Part shown: one piece after another, positions 30,353 through 40,464 of the stretch | Numbering within the stretch: position 1 is the first letter of the stretch | Layout: every line of letters begins with the position of its first letter | Assembly (NCBI GenBank): GCA_965198065.1 | Contig: CBDAON010000004.1 | Location: forward strand, 2,464,001-2,528,000 | Direction of reading: 5' to 3' | DNA from: Longimicrobiales bacterium | Lineage (GTDB): Bacteria; Gemmatimonadota; Gemmatimonadetes; Longimicrobiales; Gaopeijiaceae | Length of the DNA stretch: 64,000 bases | Made by a program: the position numbers and the translations under genes | Notes under the pieces: model-generated | The model's database searches: none | What the model was told of the DNA's origin: nothing | Seen by the model: the letters and a program-made list of their open reading frames with translations, nothing else

Positions 30353-32281
30353 ATGAAGACGAGGCGTTCGATCCGACCGACTCTCATCGCACTGGCCGCG
30401 CTGGCCGCGACCGCACCGGCGCTGGCGAAGGTTGTCGTCTCTCCCGCTCAGACGGCGGTAGAGGCCGCCCCCCAGGAGGTCGTCACGCTCCCCGACGACA
30501 TCGTCTGGGTGACGAACATGGACGACCCTGTGATCGGCTCGCCCGACGCGATCCGCGGCGGCACGATCAACCTGCCGCTGGGGGCCTACCCGCTCACGTT
30601 CCGGCTCATGGGGCCGAACTCGAACGACGCCTTCGCCGGGTGGAACCGGTCCTTCACGTTCGACTTCGGCCTCGTGAGAAGGCATCCGGTGACCGGTCGG
30701 TACATACCGAAGATGGCCACGCACTGGTCCATCCAGGACGATCAGCGGACGATCTACTTCCGACTGGATCCGGACGCCCGGTGGAGCGACGGAGAGCCGA
30801 TCACCACGGACGACTACGTCTTCACGCTGGAGATGATGCGGTCGCCGCACATCATCGATCCGTTCTACAACCAATACTCGGAGCTTTACTTCGAGTCGAT
30901 CGACAAGATCGACGACTACACGCTCAGGATCGTCGGCGCGCGCCCCAGCTGGCGTCCCCTGTACGACTACGGCGAGCTCTTTCCAACCCCCGAGCACGCC
31001 ACCGTTCTTGACGAGACCTGGGTCGACCGAACCACGAACGAGCCGCAGATCACTGTCGGGCCGTACGTCGTCTCGGAGGTGTCCCGCGGGGAGTCGGTGA
31101 CCTTCGAGCGCATCGACGACTGGTGGGGCGACGACAAGCGGTACTTCCAGGGCCTCTTTAACGTGGACAGAATTCACCTCACGATGGTCCCGCTCGAGCG
31201 GATGCTCGACTTCCTCCGGAGCGGGGACATCGACTTCATCTACGAGAGCACGGCACGGACCTGGAACGAGGAGTACGACTTTCTTGCCATTCGCAACGGC
31301 TGGATTCGTCGGGCGCGGGTGTTCCTGGAGACCCCGGTTGGCATGAGCGGTCTCCACATGAACCTCGAGGCGCCGATCTTTCAGAACAAGGACTTCCGGA
31401 AGGCGATGCAGTACCTCTTCAACTTCGAGCGCCTGAACCGGAACCTCATGTACAACGAGTATTTCCGGCTGAACTCGTTCTTCCAGGGAACTGAGTATGC
31501 CAATCCCGGCGTCCAGCCCTACCCCTTCGACCCCGTGCGAGCGAGGGAGCACCTCGAGCGGGCGGGATACCGCCGTCCGGAGGAGATCCGGAGCGGAAAC
31601 CTCTTCTCGGGGCTGGGGAACGTGGTTCGAGGGCTGCTCTTCACTCGCTCGAGCACGGACGATGTGCTCGTGAACGAGCAGGGCCAGAAAGCGAGCTTCG
31701 AGCTCGTCTACGGAACCGCGAGCTTCACCCGGCACCTGACCGTTATGCAGCAGGAGTACCGACGCGCGGGCGTAGACATCCGCCTTCGGCTCCTCGAGCC
31801 CGGCACCGCGTTCGAGCGCGGGCTCGAGCGCAAGTACGAGATGTCGATGACCGGTCGCACGGCCAATTTCTATCCGGACCCCAGGCAGTACTTCCACACG
31901 GAGTTCCAGCCGACGACCAACAACAACAACATCTGGGGATTCGGCACGGCGGTGGTGGATTCCCTTATCGCGATCTACGAGGACGACCTGGACTTCGAGG
32001 ACCGGAGGGAAGCCATGTACCGGATCGACGAGATCGTGCGGGACGAAGCCTTCTACATTCCCTTCTGGATGGCTCCCTACGGTCGAATCGCGCACTGGGA
32101 TTACGTGCAGTTCCCCGAGTTCTATCTGCCGCCGGGCGGTGACCTGTCGCTCCCCTACATGACGTACTGGATCGAACCGGACGGGCGTGCGGAGCTCGAG
32201 GCCGCGGTAAGCGAGGGACGGGCCCTACCGGTGGACGAGGACACCGACGTCGATTTCTACGGCGTCCGGGACGGGCCTTGA
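30353..32281 (+). CDS. Peptide ABC transporter solute-binding protein, family 5 (YejA-like)
   Basis: Signal peptide, AIRGGTI, ARWSDGEPITTDD, GPYVV, DWWG, FRKAM. Confidence 0.9.
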   Translation: MKTRRSIRPTLIALAALAATAPALAKVVVSPAQTAVEAAPQEVVTLPDDIVWVTNMDDPVIGSPDAIRGGTINLPLGAYPLTFRLMGPNSNDAFAGWNRSFTFDFGLVRRHPVTGRYIPKMATHWSIQDDQRTIYFRLDPDARWSDGEPITTDDYVFTLEMMRSPHIIDPFYNQYSELYFESIDKIDDYTLRIVGARPSWRPLYDYGELFPTPEHATVLDETWVDRTTNEPQITVGPYVVSEVSRGESVTFERIDDWWGDDKRYFQGLFNVDRIHLTMVPLERMLDFLRSGDIDFIYESTARTWNEEYDFLAIRNGWIRRARVFLETPVGMSGLHMNLEAPIFQNKDFRKAMQYLFNFERLNRNLMYNEYFRLNSFFQGTEYANPGVQPYPFDPVRAREHLERAGYRRPEEIRSGNLFSGLGNVVRGLLFTRSSTDDVLVNEQGQKASFELVYGTASFTRHLTVMQQEYRRAGVDIRLRLLEPGTAFERGLERKYEMSMTGRTANFYPDPRQYFHTEFQPTTNNNNIWGFGTAVVDSLIAIYEDDLDFEDRREAMYRIDEIVRDEAFYIPFWMAPYGRIAHWDYVQFPEFYLPPGGDLSLPYMTYWIEPDGRAELEAAVSEGRALPVDEDTDVDFYGVRDGP

Positions 32282-32352
32282 GGCCCAGCGTCCGACCTCG
32301 ATGCGATCGACGGACAGTGTGACAGCCGGGCCACCGGCCCAGGGGAACTGAC

Positions 32353-33360
32353 GTGCCGCTCCTCGAGATCGCGGACCTGAAGGTCGGCTTCGAGACCGAG
32401 GCAGGCTTCCTTCACGCGGTGGACGGCGTCTCGCTGGACATTCCGGAGGGGAAGACCCTCGGGCTCGTGGGCGAATCCGGGTGCGGAAAGAGCGTAACGG
32501 CGTCCGCCATCCTTCGTTTGGTGCCCGACCCACCGGGGAAGATCCTCGGGGGATCGATCCGCTTCGCCGGCCAGGACATCCTGACGATGCCACGATGGGA
32601 CCTTCCGAAGATCCGCGGGAACGACGTAGCGATGATCTTCCAGGACCCGATGACGTCACTGAATCCTGTGCTCACAGTGGAGAAGCAGGTCGGTGAGATC
32701 CTCCGGCTCCGGTTCGGGATGGACAAGAAGGCCGCGCGGCAGCGGGCCGTCGAGATGCTCGAGACCGTCGGCATCCCCGACCCGGAGGATCGGCTGATCT
32801 CGTATCCGCATGAGCTTTCGGGCGGGATGAAGCAGCGCGTCATGATTGCCATGGCCCTCCTTTCCCGACCGAAGCTCCTAATCGCGGACGAGCCGACCAC
32901 CGCGCTGGACGTCACGATCCAGGCCCAGATCCTTCACCTGATTCGCCAGCTCCAGCTGGAGACGGGGGCTTCCGTGCTCTTCATCACGCACGACATGGGC
33001 GTCATCGCGCAGATGTGCGACGACGTCGCCGTTATGTACGCGGGTCGCGTGGTGGAGCAGGGGACTGTCCGCAACATCTTCGAGCGGAGCATGCACCCGT
33101 ACACGAAGGGCCTGCTCCAGAGCGTCCCGAGGCGGGGCGCCGAAAGGAAGGCGGAGCTGCCGACCATCGAGGGTGTGGTGCCCTCGCTCTTCGATCCCCC
33201 CGTCGGCTGCAGGTTCGCCGAGCGCTGCTGGAAGCGGAAGAGCCTGGGCACCGAGGATGAGCGCAGGTGTCGCGAGGTGGATCCCGAGCTCCGGCCCCTG
33301 GGGGCGGGCCGAGTCGCGTGCCACTTCCCGCTGACCGCGGGGAACGGAGCCGAGGCGTGA
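32353..33360 (+). CDS. Oligopeptide ABC ATPase (OppD/DppD-like)
   Basis: [37 protein letters not shown]. Confidence 0.95.
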   Translation: MPLLEIADLKVGFETEAGFLHAVDGVSLDIPEGKTLGLVGESGCGKSVTASAILRLVPDPPGKILGGSIRFAGQDILTMPRWDLPKIRGNDVAMIFQDPMTSLNPVLTVEKQVGEILRLRFGMDKKAARQRAVEMLETVGIPDPEDRLISYPHELSGGMKQRVMIAMALLSRPKLLIADEPTTALDVTIQAQILHLIRQLQLETGASVLFITHDMGVIAQMCDDVAVMYAGRVVEQGTVRNIFERSMHPYTKGLLQSVPRRGAERKAELPTIEGVVPSLFDPPVGCRFAERCWKRKSLGTEDERRCREVDPELRPLGAGRVACHFPLTAGNGAEA

Positions 33361-34412
33361 GCGCCGGGGCGTCGGCCGTGCGGAAGACCGGGCACGGCGG
33401 GGCGGCCTCGATGGACGGCGGCCCGCCCCTTCTCGAGGTCACGGGTCTCGAAAAGCACTATCCGGTGCGGGGCGGCATCTTCGGCGGTAAGATCGGGGCC
33501 ATCCGGGCGGTGAACGGCGTGAGCTTTTCGCTCCGGAAGGGTGATACGCTCGGGCTCGTCGGAGAATCCGGCTGCGGCAAATCCACGCTGGCCCGTACGC
33601 TCATGCGGCTCGAGGACCCCACGGCGGGCCGGGTGCTCTTCGAAGGCGAGGACTTCGCCCAGGCCCGTGGAGCGGATCTCCTCCGCCTCCGCCGGGAGAT
33701 CCAGATGGTCTTTCAGGATCCGTACTCGTCCCTGAACCCCCGCATGACCGTCGGAGAAATCATCCGCGAGCCCCTGGTCGTGCACCGCCTGGGCACGAAG
33801 GAAGAGCAGCTCCGGAAGGTGAGTGAGCTCCTGGAGACCGTGGGGCTCAGTGCCGACATGATGGGCCGCTATCCGCACGAGTTCTCGGGAGGGCAGCGGC
33901 AGCGAATCGGGGTCGCGAGGGCTCTCGCGCTCGACCCGAAGCTCGTCATCGCGGACGAGCCGGTGTCGGCCCTGGACGTCTCGGTTCAGAGCCAGGTCCT
34001 GAACCTCATGGTGAGCCTCCAGCGCGAGCGCGGTCTCACTTACCTGTTCATCACGCACGACCTCTCAGTCGTCGAGCACGTGAGCGACTCGATCGCCATC
34101 ATGTATTTGGGCCGAATCGTGGAGCACGGGCCGGTGGAGAGGGTGTTTCAACGGCCGTCTCATCCGTACACGCGAGCCTTGATCGACGCGATTCCGGTTC
34201 CGGACCCGACCCACCGGAAGGACGAGGTGCCGGTCAAGGGAGAGACGCCGAGCCCGGTGTCACCCCCGCCGGGCTGCCCCTTCCACCCCCGCTGTCCGTA
34301 TGCGATCGACGAGTGCCGCGGGACGGTTCCCGTTCTCGAGCCCGTCGGCGCTACGCCGTCGGGGGCCGCGGCCGACCACGTCGCGGCCTGCATCCGGAAG
34401 CACGAGATCTAG
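33357..34412 (+). CDS. Oligopeptide ABC ATPase (OppF/DppF-like)
   Basis: [36 protein letters not shown]; start 33357 or 33411. Confidence 0.95.
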   Translation: MSAGASAVRKTGHGGAASMDGGPPLLEVTGLEKHYPVRGGIFGGKIGAIRAVNGVSFSLRKGDTLGLVGESGCGKSTLARTLMRLEDPTAGRVLFEGEDFAQARGADLLRLRREIQMVFQDPYSSLNPRMTVGEIIREPLVVHRLGTKEEQLRKVSELLETVGLSADMMGRYPHEFSGGQRQRIGVARALALDPKLVIADEPVSALDVSVQSQVLNLMVSLQRERGLTYLFITHDLSVVEHVSDSIAIMYLGRIVEHGPVERVFQRPSHPYTRALIDAIPVPDPTHRKDEVPVKGETPSPVSPPPGCPFHPRCPYAIDECRGTVPVLEPVGATPSGAAADHVAACIRKHEI

Positions 34413-34460
34413 GGGGAGCTCGGCAGGAACACTCCCACGCGCGTCCCGCTTCGCCTGCTC

Positions 34461-35396
34461 TCAGCGCCCCTGGCAGAGAGCCCGGACCGCGGCCTCGTCA
34501 CTCGGGTCGAGACGAGGAGGCCCGCTCCCCGGTGACGGACGCGTGTCGGGAGCCATGACGGCGCCCTCCACGCCCGAGCTTTCGAGGCCCAGCGCGTAGC
34601 CGAGCTGGCGCGCGAGGATTACGACCAGGTCGTCGCGGCTCTCGAACGTGAATAGCCGGATCTCCTGGGTTCGGGAGACCACCAGCGGACCCAGCGTGCG
34701 CCGCGTCTCCCGGTACTCGGCCGGAACCTCGGCCAGCGCGGCGGGCTCGTTCCGGAATTCGTCCCGAGCTCGGTTCAGGTCCGAGATTGTCTGGTTCACG
34801 CGCTCGGTCTCGAGGTTCACCTGGCTCACGAGGTCGTTTAGCGTCCGCGTCCGACCCTCGAGTTGGACCCGTTCCCGGTCGAGCGCCTCCTGAGCTTCCG
34901 CGAGCCGGATGATCTCTGCCGGTGGGGCTCCGCCTCGCTGATTCCACTCCTCGACGGTACCGTTGTGCTCGACCAAACGCGCCTGGAAGTCCTCCTCCAG
35001 GATCCCGATGACCTCGCGGTGCCGGCCGAGCTCATCCACCATTCGATTGAGCTGGGCTTCGGCCTCTGCGACACGGGTTCCCTCGGCTTCCAGCTCGGAC
35101 TCCCGGCGCCGCCGTTCGTTCGACTGCTCCTGACGGTGGTCGTACACGAACCAGATGGGCGTCCCCTCCTCGGACTGGGGGAAGAGGAAGGGATTCCCGG
35201 CGGCGGCCGACCACAGCATGCCCGCCTGGCGGACCGCGTCCGCCGCCTCGAGCGGGGCCAGCCCGAAGCGCTGGTCCAACTCGACGATGCGCCAGGGAAC
35301 CGGAGCCGGGCAACCCGTCTGGGCCGAGAGCGCCGTCCAGCTCCCGACCGATGGGAGCAGGACGAGCGCCAGCCGCACGCCTTGTCGAGGGCTCAT
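34461..35396 (-). CDS. Secreted matrixin-like coiled-coil protein with degenerate zinc motif
   Basis: Signal peptide, C..P..W.I..LD.RFGL, long coiled coil, LARQLGYALGLES in place of HELGHALGLxH, Met-turn-like AVM, terminal LC. Confidence 0.75.
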   Translation of the reverse strand: MSPRQGVRLALVLLPSVGSWTALSAQTGCPAPVPWRIVELDQRFGLAPLEAADAVRQAGMLWSAAAGNPFLFPQSEEGTPIWFVYDHRQEQSNERRRRESELEAEGTRVAEAEAQLNRMVDELGRHREVIGILEEDFQARLVEHNGTVEEWNQRGGAPPAEIIRLAEAQEALDRERVQLEGRTRTLNDLVSQVNLETERVNQTISDLNRARDEFRNEPAALAEVPAEYRETRRTLGPLVVSRTQEIRLFTFESRDDLVVILARQLGYALGLESSGVEGAVMAPDTRPSPGSGPPRLDPSDEAAVRALCQGR

Positions 35397-35449
35397 GGCT
35401 CGAACGTAGGGGGGGGTTCGCCTGACTCGCAAATCCTCCCGGCCGCCGC

Positions 35450-36685
35450 TCACTCGGTCTGCGGGTCCACCTCCTCGGGAGGCTCGACCGGTTCCGGTGG
35501 CTCGGGAGGTGACGGGTGGGGCGGGGCGGTCTCGCGGCTCGCGGATGCAACCGCGGCCGCGGGCAGCCAGTCCTGGAACGCCTCCCCGTAGATGTGCCAG
35601 ACCGTAACGAACAGGGCGGCCACGATAGGGCCGACGATGAAACCCACGGCGCCGAAGAGGGCGATCCCCCCCAGGGTCGAGAGGAAGATCATCAGGTCCC
35701 CCATGCGGGCGTCCCGTCCGATCAACCGAGGCCTGAGCAGGTTGTCCACGGTACCCACCACGAGCGCGCACCAGACGGCCAGGAGCACCGCTGGCAACCA
35801 GCGTCCGACGACAAGCAGATACCCCACCGCCGGAACCCAGACCAGCCCGGCCCCGAGCGCCGGCAGGATGGCGAGGAAGACCATCACCGCGCCCCAGAAT
35901 GCCGCGCCCGGTACTCCGGCGACCCAGAACGCGAGCCCAGCTGCTCCCCCCTGGATCACCCCGATCAAGAACGAGCCCTTGAGCGTCGCTCGAGCGACGG
36001 ACAGGAAGCGCTCGAGGAGGCGGTCCTTGTCCGCGGGCGAAAGCGGCAGGTAGGCAAGGGCCCCCCGGAGCGTAGCGGGTCCGCTCATGAGGAAGAAGAA
36101 GAGGGCGTAGACGAGCACGAAGAGCTGGAGGAGGAAGCTCGCCGTTCCCCTAGCTGCTCCCGAGACCGTTCCCCAGGCGAACGATCCGGCCCGAGCCGCC
36201 AGATCGCGGAGACCCAGGGCGAGCGCTTCGCCTTCGGGGACGACCCGGTCCGTGAAGGGGATGCGTGCCATGAGGGCCTGGAGCTGCTCCACCCGTTCTC
36301 CCGGATCCGTCAGCCATGCCTCGGCCGCCTGCGCCAGCTGCACCGCTTCGTTCACGACGACGGCGATGAACCCGCCGACCGGGACAGCAATCCCCAGGAG
36401 CAGGACGACGATCGTGGCTCCGGAGGCCACGGCCGGGCGGAGCCGAAGTCGGGTCGAAAGCCACGAGTAGAGCGGGTATGCCATCCCGGCGAAGATCGCC
36501 GCGAGGAAGACTGAGAGGATGAGACGCCGGATCATCACGGCGAAGAGGAGCGTGATCCCGACTAGGATGACGATCAGGAACGCCCGACGGAAGCGTAGCG
36601 ACCCCGGCCTGGAGTCGGGTGCGGAGGAGCCGGCGTCGGTCTCGGACACGTCCTGCTCGGACGGCAAGGGCGGGTCCCGGGTCAA
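35450..36685 (-). CDS. AI-2E family transporter
   Basis: AYPLY, ATLKGSFLIGVIQG, GTVDNLLRPRLIG, GFIVGP. Confidence 0.9.
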   Translation of the reverse strand: MTRDPPLPSEQDVSETDAGSSAPDSRPGSLRFRRAFLIVILVGITLLFAVMIRRLILSVFLAAIFAGMAYPLYSWLSTRLRLRPAVASGATIVVLLLGIAVPVGGFIAVVVNEAVQLAQAAEAWLTDPGERVEQLQALMARIPFTDRVVPEGEALALGLRDLAARAGSFAWGTVSGAARGTASFLLQLFVLVYALFFFLMSGPATLRGALAYLPLSPADKDRLLERFLSVARATLKGSFLIGVIQGGAAGLAFWVAGVPGAAFWGAVMVFLAILPALGAGLVWVPAVGYLLVVGRWLPAVLLAVWCALVVGTVDNLLRPRLIGRDARMGDLMIFLSTLGGIALFGAVGFIVGPIVAALFVTVWHIYGEAFQDWLPAAAVASASRETAPPHPSPPEPPEPVEPPEEVDPQTE

Positions 36686-36710
36686 GGCAGAGGCCTTCCG
36701 GTCAACTCTG

Positions 36711-37010
36711 CTAGATCATCCCGGAAGTCGGCGTGGCGTCGCGGTAGCTGCACCCCGCCGCCACCCGGATGCGATCCAGGTCCGTCGGGACCCCGTTCGT
36801 CGGATCGAGGCCGTTCCACCCCTGCCAGGGGAAGTATGCCTCCACCCAGCGTGCGCGTCATGTTCAGCATCGTGTCGGTCAGGTCGTGGCCATTTCGCTG
36901 GACGAAGCCGCGAGTGAATAGCGCGAGTTGCTGGAGCTCCGACTCGGGCAGCTCGCGGGGGATCAGGTAGGGGAGCACCATCTGATGCTGCCAGGGCATC
37001 CACGAGTGAT
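36711..37010 (-). pseudogene. Transglutaminase-like gene remnant with internal deletion
   Basis: WMPWQHQMVLPYLIPRELPESEL... joined out of frame near 36852 to (HA)WVEAYFPWQGWNGLDPTNG..RIRVAAGCSYRDATPTSG; catalytic Cys segment absent. Confidence 0.7.
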
Positions 37011-37062
37011 CCTTCGGGGAACGTAGGTGGCGGCCGATTCGCCGTCCACAGATCGGGGCCCA

Positions 37063-38106
37063 CTACTGCCAGCGGAAGAGTCGAAGCGCGAGGAAGAAGC
37101 TCGCGACCGTCCACACCGCCACGATCGCGATCTCTCCCAAGGCCTCGACGAGTCCCGCGCCCTCGTTGTAGACCGCTCGTAGCGCGTCGTTCAGAGCCGT
37201 GAGCGGAAGGGCCTGAATCATGGGCTGTGCGGCCTCGGGAAACCGCTGCGCGGAGAAGAAGACGCCGGAGAGGACGAGCATCGGCATCATGATCACGTTG
37301 ATGAGCCCTCCGACCCCCTCCGTGGTGCGCGTTCGGGAGGCTGCCAGAAGACCCAGTCCAGTGAAGCAAGTCGCTCCCAGCAGCACGATCGCCGAGAGCG
37401 CCAGAGCGCTCCCCTCCACCGTAACGCCGAACACGAGCCACGCGGCGAGGACGATCAGGGGAATCTCCGCGACGAGGAAGAGGAAGCGCGCCAGGACCTG
37501 AGCCAGCAGGAACTCGCTCCTGCGCATCGGCGTCGCGACCAGCCGCCGGAGCTCGCGGTTCTCCCTCACCTGAGTGATGTAGAAGCCCACGCTCCACAGC
37601 CCCGTGCCCATCAGGTTGAACCCGATGAGCCCCGGGATCAGCCAGTCGATGTAGCGGCGTCCCCGCTCCTCGATCCTCTCCTCCACTATCGCCACGGGTC
37701 GCGTGGCCCCGGCCGCCTCCTGGAACACTGCCTCGACGATCACCCTCGCGGTCTGGGCATCGGGCCACGTGGGATCGAAGCGGAGGGTCACGCCGTCACG
37801 CCCATCCGAGGCACCGGCGACAATGGCGACCTCGCCGCGCCGGAGCGCGTCGCGCGCCGAATCCGGCTCCATGGGCACGGCCTCGAGCTGCGGGCTCTCG
37901 TTGATGGCCTCTACGTAGACCTCCGCGGCCGAGCCCCGCTCGACCGCGACCCGGAGTACGTCCGGCGATCCCTGCCCGAACGCGATCCCGATCCCCACGG
38001 CGAGGAGCACGGGGAAGAGGAAGATCCAGAACAGCACTTCCGGCTCGCGGAGCATCACGAGCACCCGGTTCAGCGTCAGCTGCCGGAGGGCGGCGAGATC
38101 GCTCAT
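37063..38106 (-). CDS. ABC-2 type exporter permease
   Basis: REPEVLFW, YIDWLIPGLIG, LRRLVATP, LSGVFF, LPLTALNDALR. Confidence 0.92.
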   Translation of the reverse strand: MSDLAALRQLTLNRVLVMLREPEVLFWIFLFPVLLAVGIGIAFGQGSPDVLRVAVERGSAAEVYVEAINESPQLEAVPMEPDSARDALRRGEVAIVAGASDGRDGVTLRFDPTWPDAQTARVIVEAVFQEAAGATRPVAIVEERIEERGRRYIDWLIPGLIGFNLMGTGLWSVGFYITQVRENRELRRLVATPMRRSEFLLAQVLARFLFLVAEIPLIVLAAWLVFGVTVEGSALALSAIVLLGATCFTGLGLLAASRTRTTEGVGGLINVIMMPMLVLSGVFFSAQRFPEAAQPMIQALPLTALNDALRAVYNEGAGLVEALGEIAIVAVWTVASFFLALRLFRWQ

Positions 38107-38205
38107 CCGGGGTCGTTCATCGAGGGGCCGACCCCGGCCCCAGCCGAAGATCGGCGAGCCTCGACCGAATCGGGCGCGAGCGTCCCGGGGACCGGGTGTC
38201 TGGAC

Positions 38206-39195
38206 TCACTCATCGCGGAGCTGGCGTCCGGTCAGCGTCAGGAAGACATCGTCCAGGGTCGCCCGGTGCGTGTTCAACGACGCGAGCGAGGCGCCCCGGT
38301 TCGCGAGAAGGTGCATGAGCGCGGGGACGGCCCGGTGTGATTCGTTCACGGTCAGGATCAGACGGGTCCCTCGTGCCTGGACTCTCCGAACGGAGGGGAG
38401 CGTCTCCAGCTCCTCCGATGCGAGCTCGAGGGTCGCCTCGAATTCGATCGTGTGCTCTCCCGCCCACTCGTTGATGAGCTGCGCAGGCGGTCCCTGCACG
38501 AGGATTCGTCCGTGGTCCATGATTGCCACGCGGTCTGCGAGTCGCTCGGCCTCGTCCATGAAGTGCGTGGTGAGCAGGATCGTGCCTCCCTCGGCCCGGA
38601 ATCTCTCGCAGACGTCCCAGAGCGCTCGGCGCGACTGGGGATCGAGGCCCGTCGTGGGCTCGTCGAGGAAGAGGAGTTCGGGGTTCCCGGCCAGAGCACA
38701 CGCGACGGAGAGCCGCTGCTTTTGACCCCCGGAGAGATCGCGAACGTACGAGCGGCGCTTCTCGGTGAGCTGCACGCGGTCGAGGAGCTCGTCCAGCTCG
38801 GGACCAGCCGGATAAAACGACCGGAACAGCTTGAGCACCTCGCCTACCCGCTGCTTGCCCGTGAGTTTCGCCTCCTGGAGCTGGATGCCGAGCCTCGCTC
38901 GAATCCGACGGGGCTCCACGTACCATGACTCTCCGAGCACGCGCACGCGCCCGGTGTCGGGAACGGTCAGTCCCTCCAGGATCTCGATCGTGGTGGTCTT
39001 GCCGGCGCCGTTCGGTCCCAGGAGCCCGAAGCACTCCCCCCGCTGGATCGTGAGATCGAGCCCGCGGAGCGCGACGGTCTCCCCGTATCGCTTCCAGAGG
39101 TTTCGAGCGTAGACGGCGACCCCGTTCGCCTCCGGGTCGTGGCCGGGGTCTCGGGGGTCCGGGTTCGCCGCCGATGGCTCGTGGTCAGGCGTCAT
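38206..39195 (-). CDS. ABC exporter ATP-binding protein
   Basis: GPNGAGKTT, LSGGQKQR, LDEPTTGLDP, TTHFMDEA, TLDDVFL. Confidence 0.95.
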   Translation of the reverse strand: MTPDHEPSAANPDPRDPGHDPEANGVAVYARNLWKRYGETVALRGLDLTIQRGECFGLLGPNGAGKTTTIEILEGLTVPDTGRVRVLGESWYVEPRRIRARLGIQLQEAKLTGKQRVGEVLKLFRSFYPAGPELDELLDRVQLTEKRRSYVRDLSGGQKQRLSVACALAGNPELLFLDEPTTGLDPQSRRALWDVCERFRAEGGTILLTTHFMDEAERLADRVAIMDHGRILVQGPPAQLINEWAGEHTIEFEATLELASEELETLPSVRRVQARGTRLILTVNESHRAVPALMHLLANRGASLASLNTHRATLDDVFLTLTGRQLRDE

Positions 39196-39404
39196 GAGTC
39201 GCATTGGGGAGGAAGGGCCCGTGGGCGCGGGCCGCACCAGAGTATCCCGCGTCGGACGAGCACGTCAAACGATGCAGTCGGACAGGCTCGGGTCCACCCG
39301 GACCGCCGACCGGCAGCCGGCCAGCGAGGCTGGCCCGAGCACGCCGCCCACCGTCCTCATGGCGCCTTGGAGCCGATTTGTGTTGCAGGGGTTACGATGT
39401 CCCG

Positions 39405-39788
39405 GTGGCGGCTCACCTCTTCGTCTACGGGACGCTCCTGAGCGGAGCGGGCCACCCGATGCACCGCGTTCTCGTGGACGGCGGCACGCTTGTCGGAACG
39501 GGGCGGACCCGGGGCCGGCTGTACGACTTCGGCGCGTTTCCCGCCCTGGCTGGCTCGACGGCGGTCGATGGATGGGTGCCCGGGGAGATCTATCGGCTGG
39601 GTCGACCCGGAGTGACCTTTCGCGTTCTCGACGCTTACGAGGGCTGCGACCCGGGTTCCGGATTCCGCCGGGTGCGGCGCTCGGTGATGCTGGATGGGGA
39701 GCGCGCGATCACTGCGTGGGTGTACGTGTTCGAGGGCGATCTTCGGGAGGCGCGCGCCCTCCCGTCGGTGAGAGGCTGGCGGCCGTAG
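39405..39788 (+). CDS. Gamma-glutamylcyclotransferase (AIG2-like) family protein
   Basis: LFVYGTL, GRLYD.G.FP, GEIY, LDAYEG, AWVY. Confidence 0.88.
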   Translation: MAAHLFVYGTLLSGAGHPMHRVLVDGGTLVGTGRTRGRLYDFGAFPALAGSTAVDGWVPGEIYRLGRPGVTFRVLDAYEGCDPGSGFRRVRRSVMLDGERAITAWVYVFEGDLREARALPSVRGWRP

Positions 39789-39794
39789 GGGACG

Positions 39795-40451
39795 TCAGTG
39801 TCCCTCGACGGATCCCCCCGTGCTCCCCTCCATGAGACGGCGGTAGTCGTCCGGGGTGTCCACCTCTACCGGGGGCGGGCCGGCGAGGGGCACGGCGGTG
39901 ATCCACTCGGGATGAGCGAGAAAGGCCGCCCTCGCCCCCTCGTCCCCCCGAAGCGAGGCGAGCGCCTCCCAAACCGCGCGTCCCAGGACAACGGGATGTC
40001 CCGGGGATCCCCTGTATTCGGCCCGCGCGGCGGGCGTTCCGGCTCGCTCCCACGCGGTGAGGACGGCACGCATCCGGTCCGGGCCAACGCCCAGCTCGTC
40101 TCCCAGGAGCACCAGGGCCACCCGACTCTCGTCCCCGGCTGCGAGGAGCCCGGCGCGGAGCGAGGAGGCCTGGCCCGAGGCATGGTCCGGGTTCAGGACC
40201 GTCCGGGCGCCCGGGGGGAGGGAGACGGCGGCACGGATCTCCTCGGCCTGGTGTCCCAGCACCACGATGATCTCGTCCAGCCCGGCGTCCGCCGCCGCGT
40301 CCAGGACGTGCTGGAGGATCGGTTTCCTGCGGAAGGCGAGGAGCTGCTTCGGCTGACCCATCCTTGCGGAGGATCCGGCGGCCAGGATGACAGCCGACAC
40401 GAAGGGAGCGCCGGCCGCGGTCTCCCGTGCTCTGGCCCGGATGGACGACAC
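39795..40451 (-). CDS. mocA: Molybdenum cofactor cytidylyltransferase
   Basis: ILAAGSSARMGQPKQLL, GQASSL, LGD, GHPV, GDEGAR, VDTPDDY; located in a xanthine-oxidase-family cluster. Confidence 0.85.
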   Translation of the reverse strand: MSSIRARARETAAGAPFVSAVILAAGSSARMGQPKQLLAFRRKPILQHVLDAAADAGLDEIIVVLGHQAEEIRAAVSLPPGARTVLNPDHASGQASSLRAGLLAAGDESRVALVLLGDELGVGPDRMRAVLTAWERAGTPAARAEYRGSPGHPVVLGRAVWEALASLRGDEGARAAFLAHPEWITAVPLAGPPPVEVDTPDDYRRLMEGSTGGSVEGH

Positions 40452-40464
40452 GGCCGGGCGGCGC

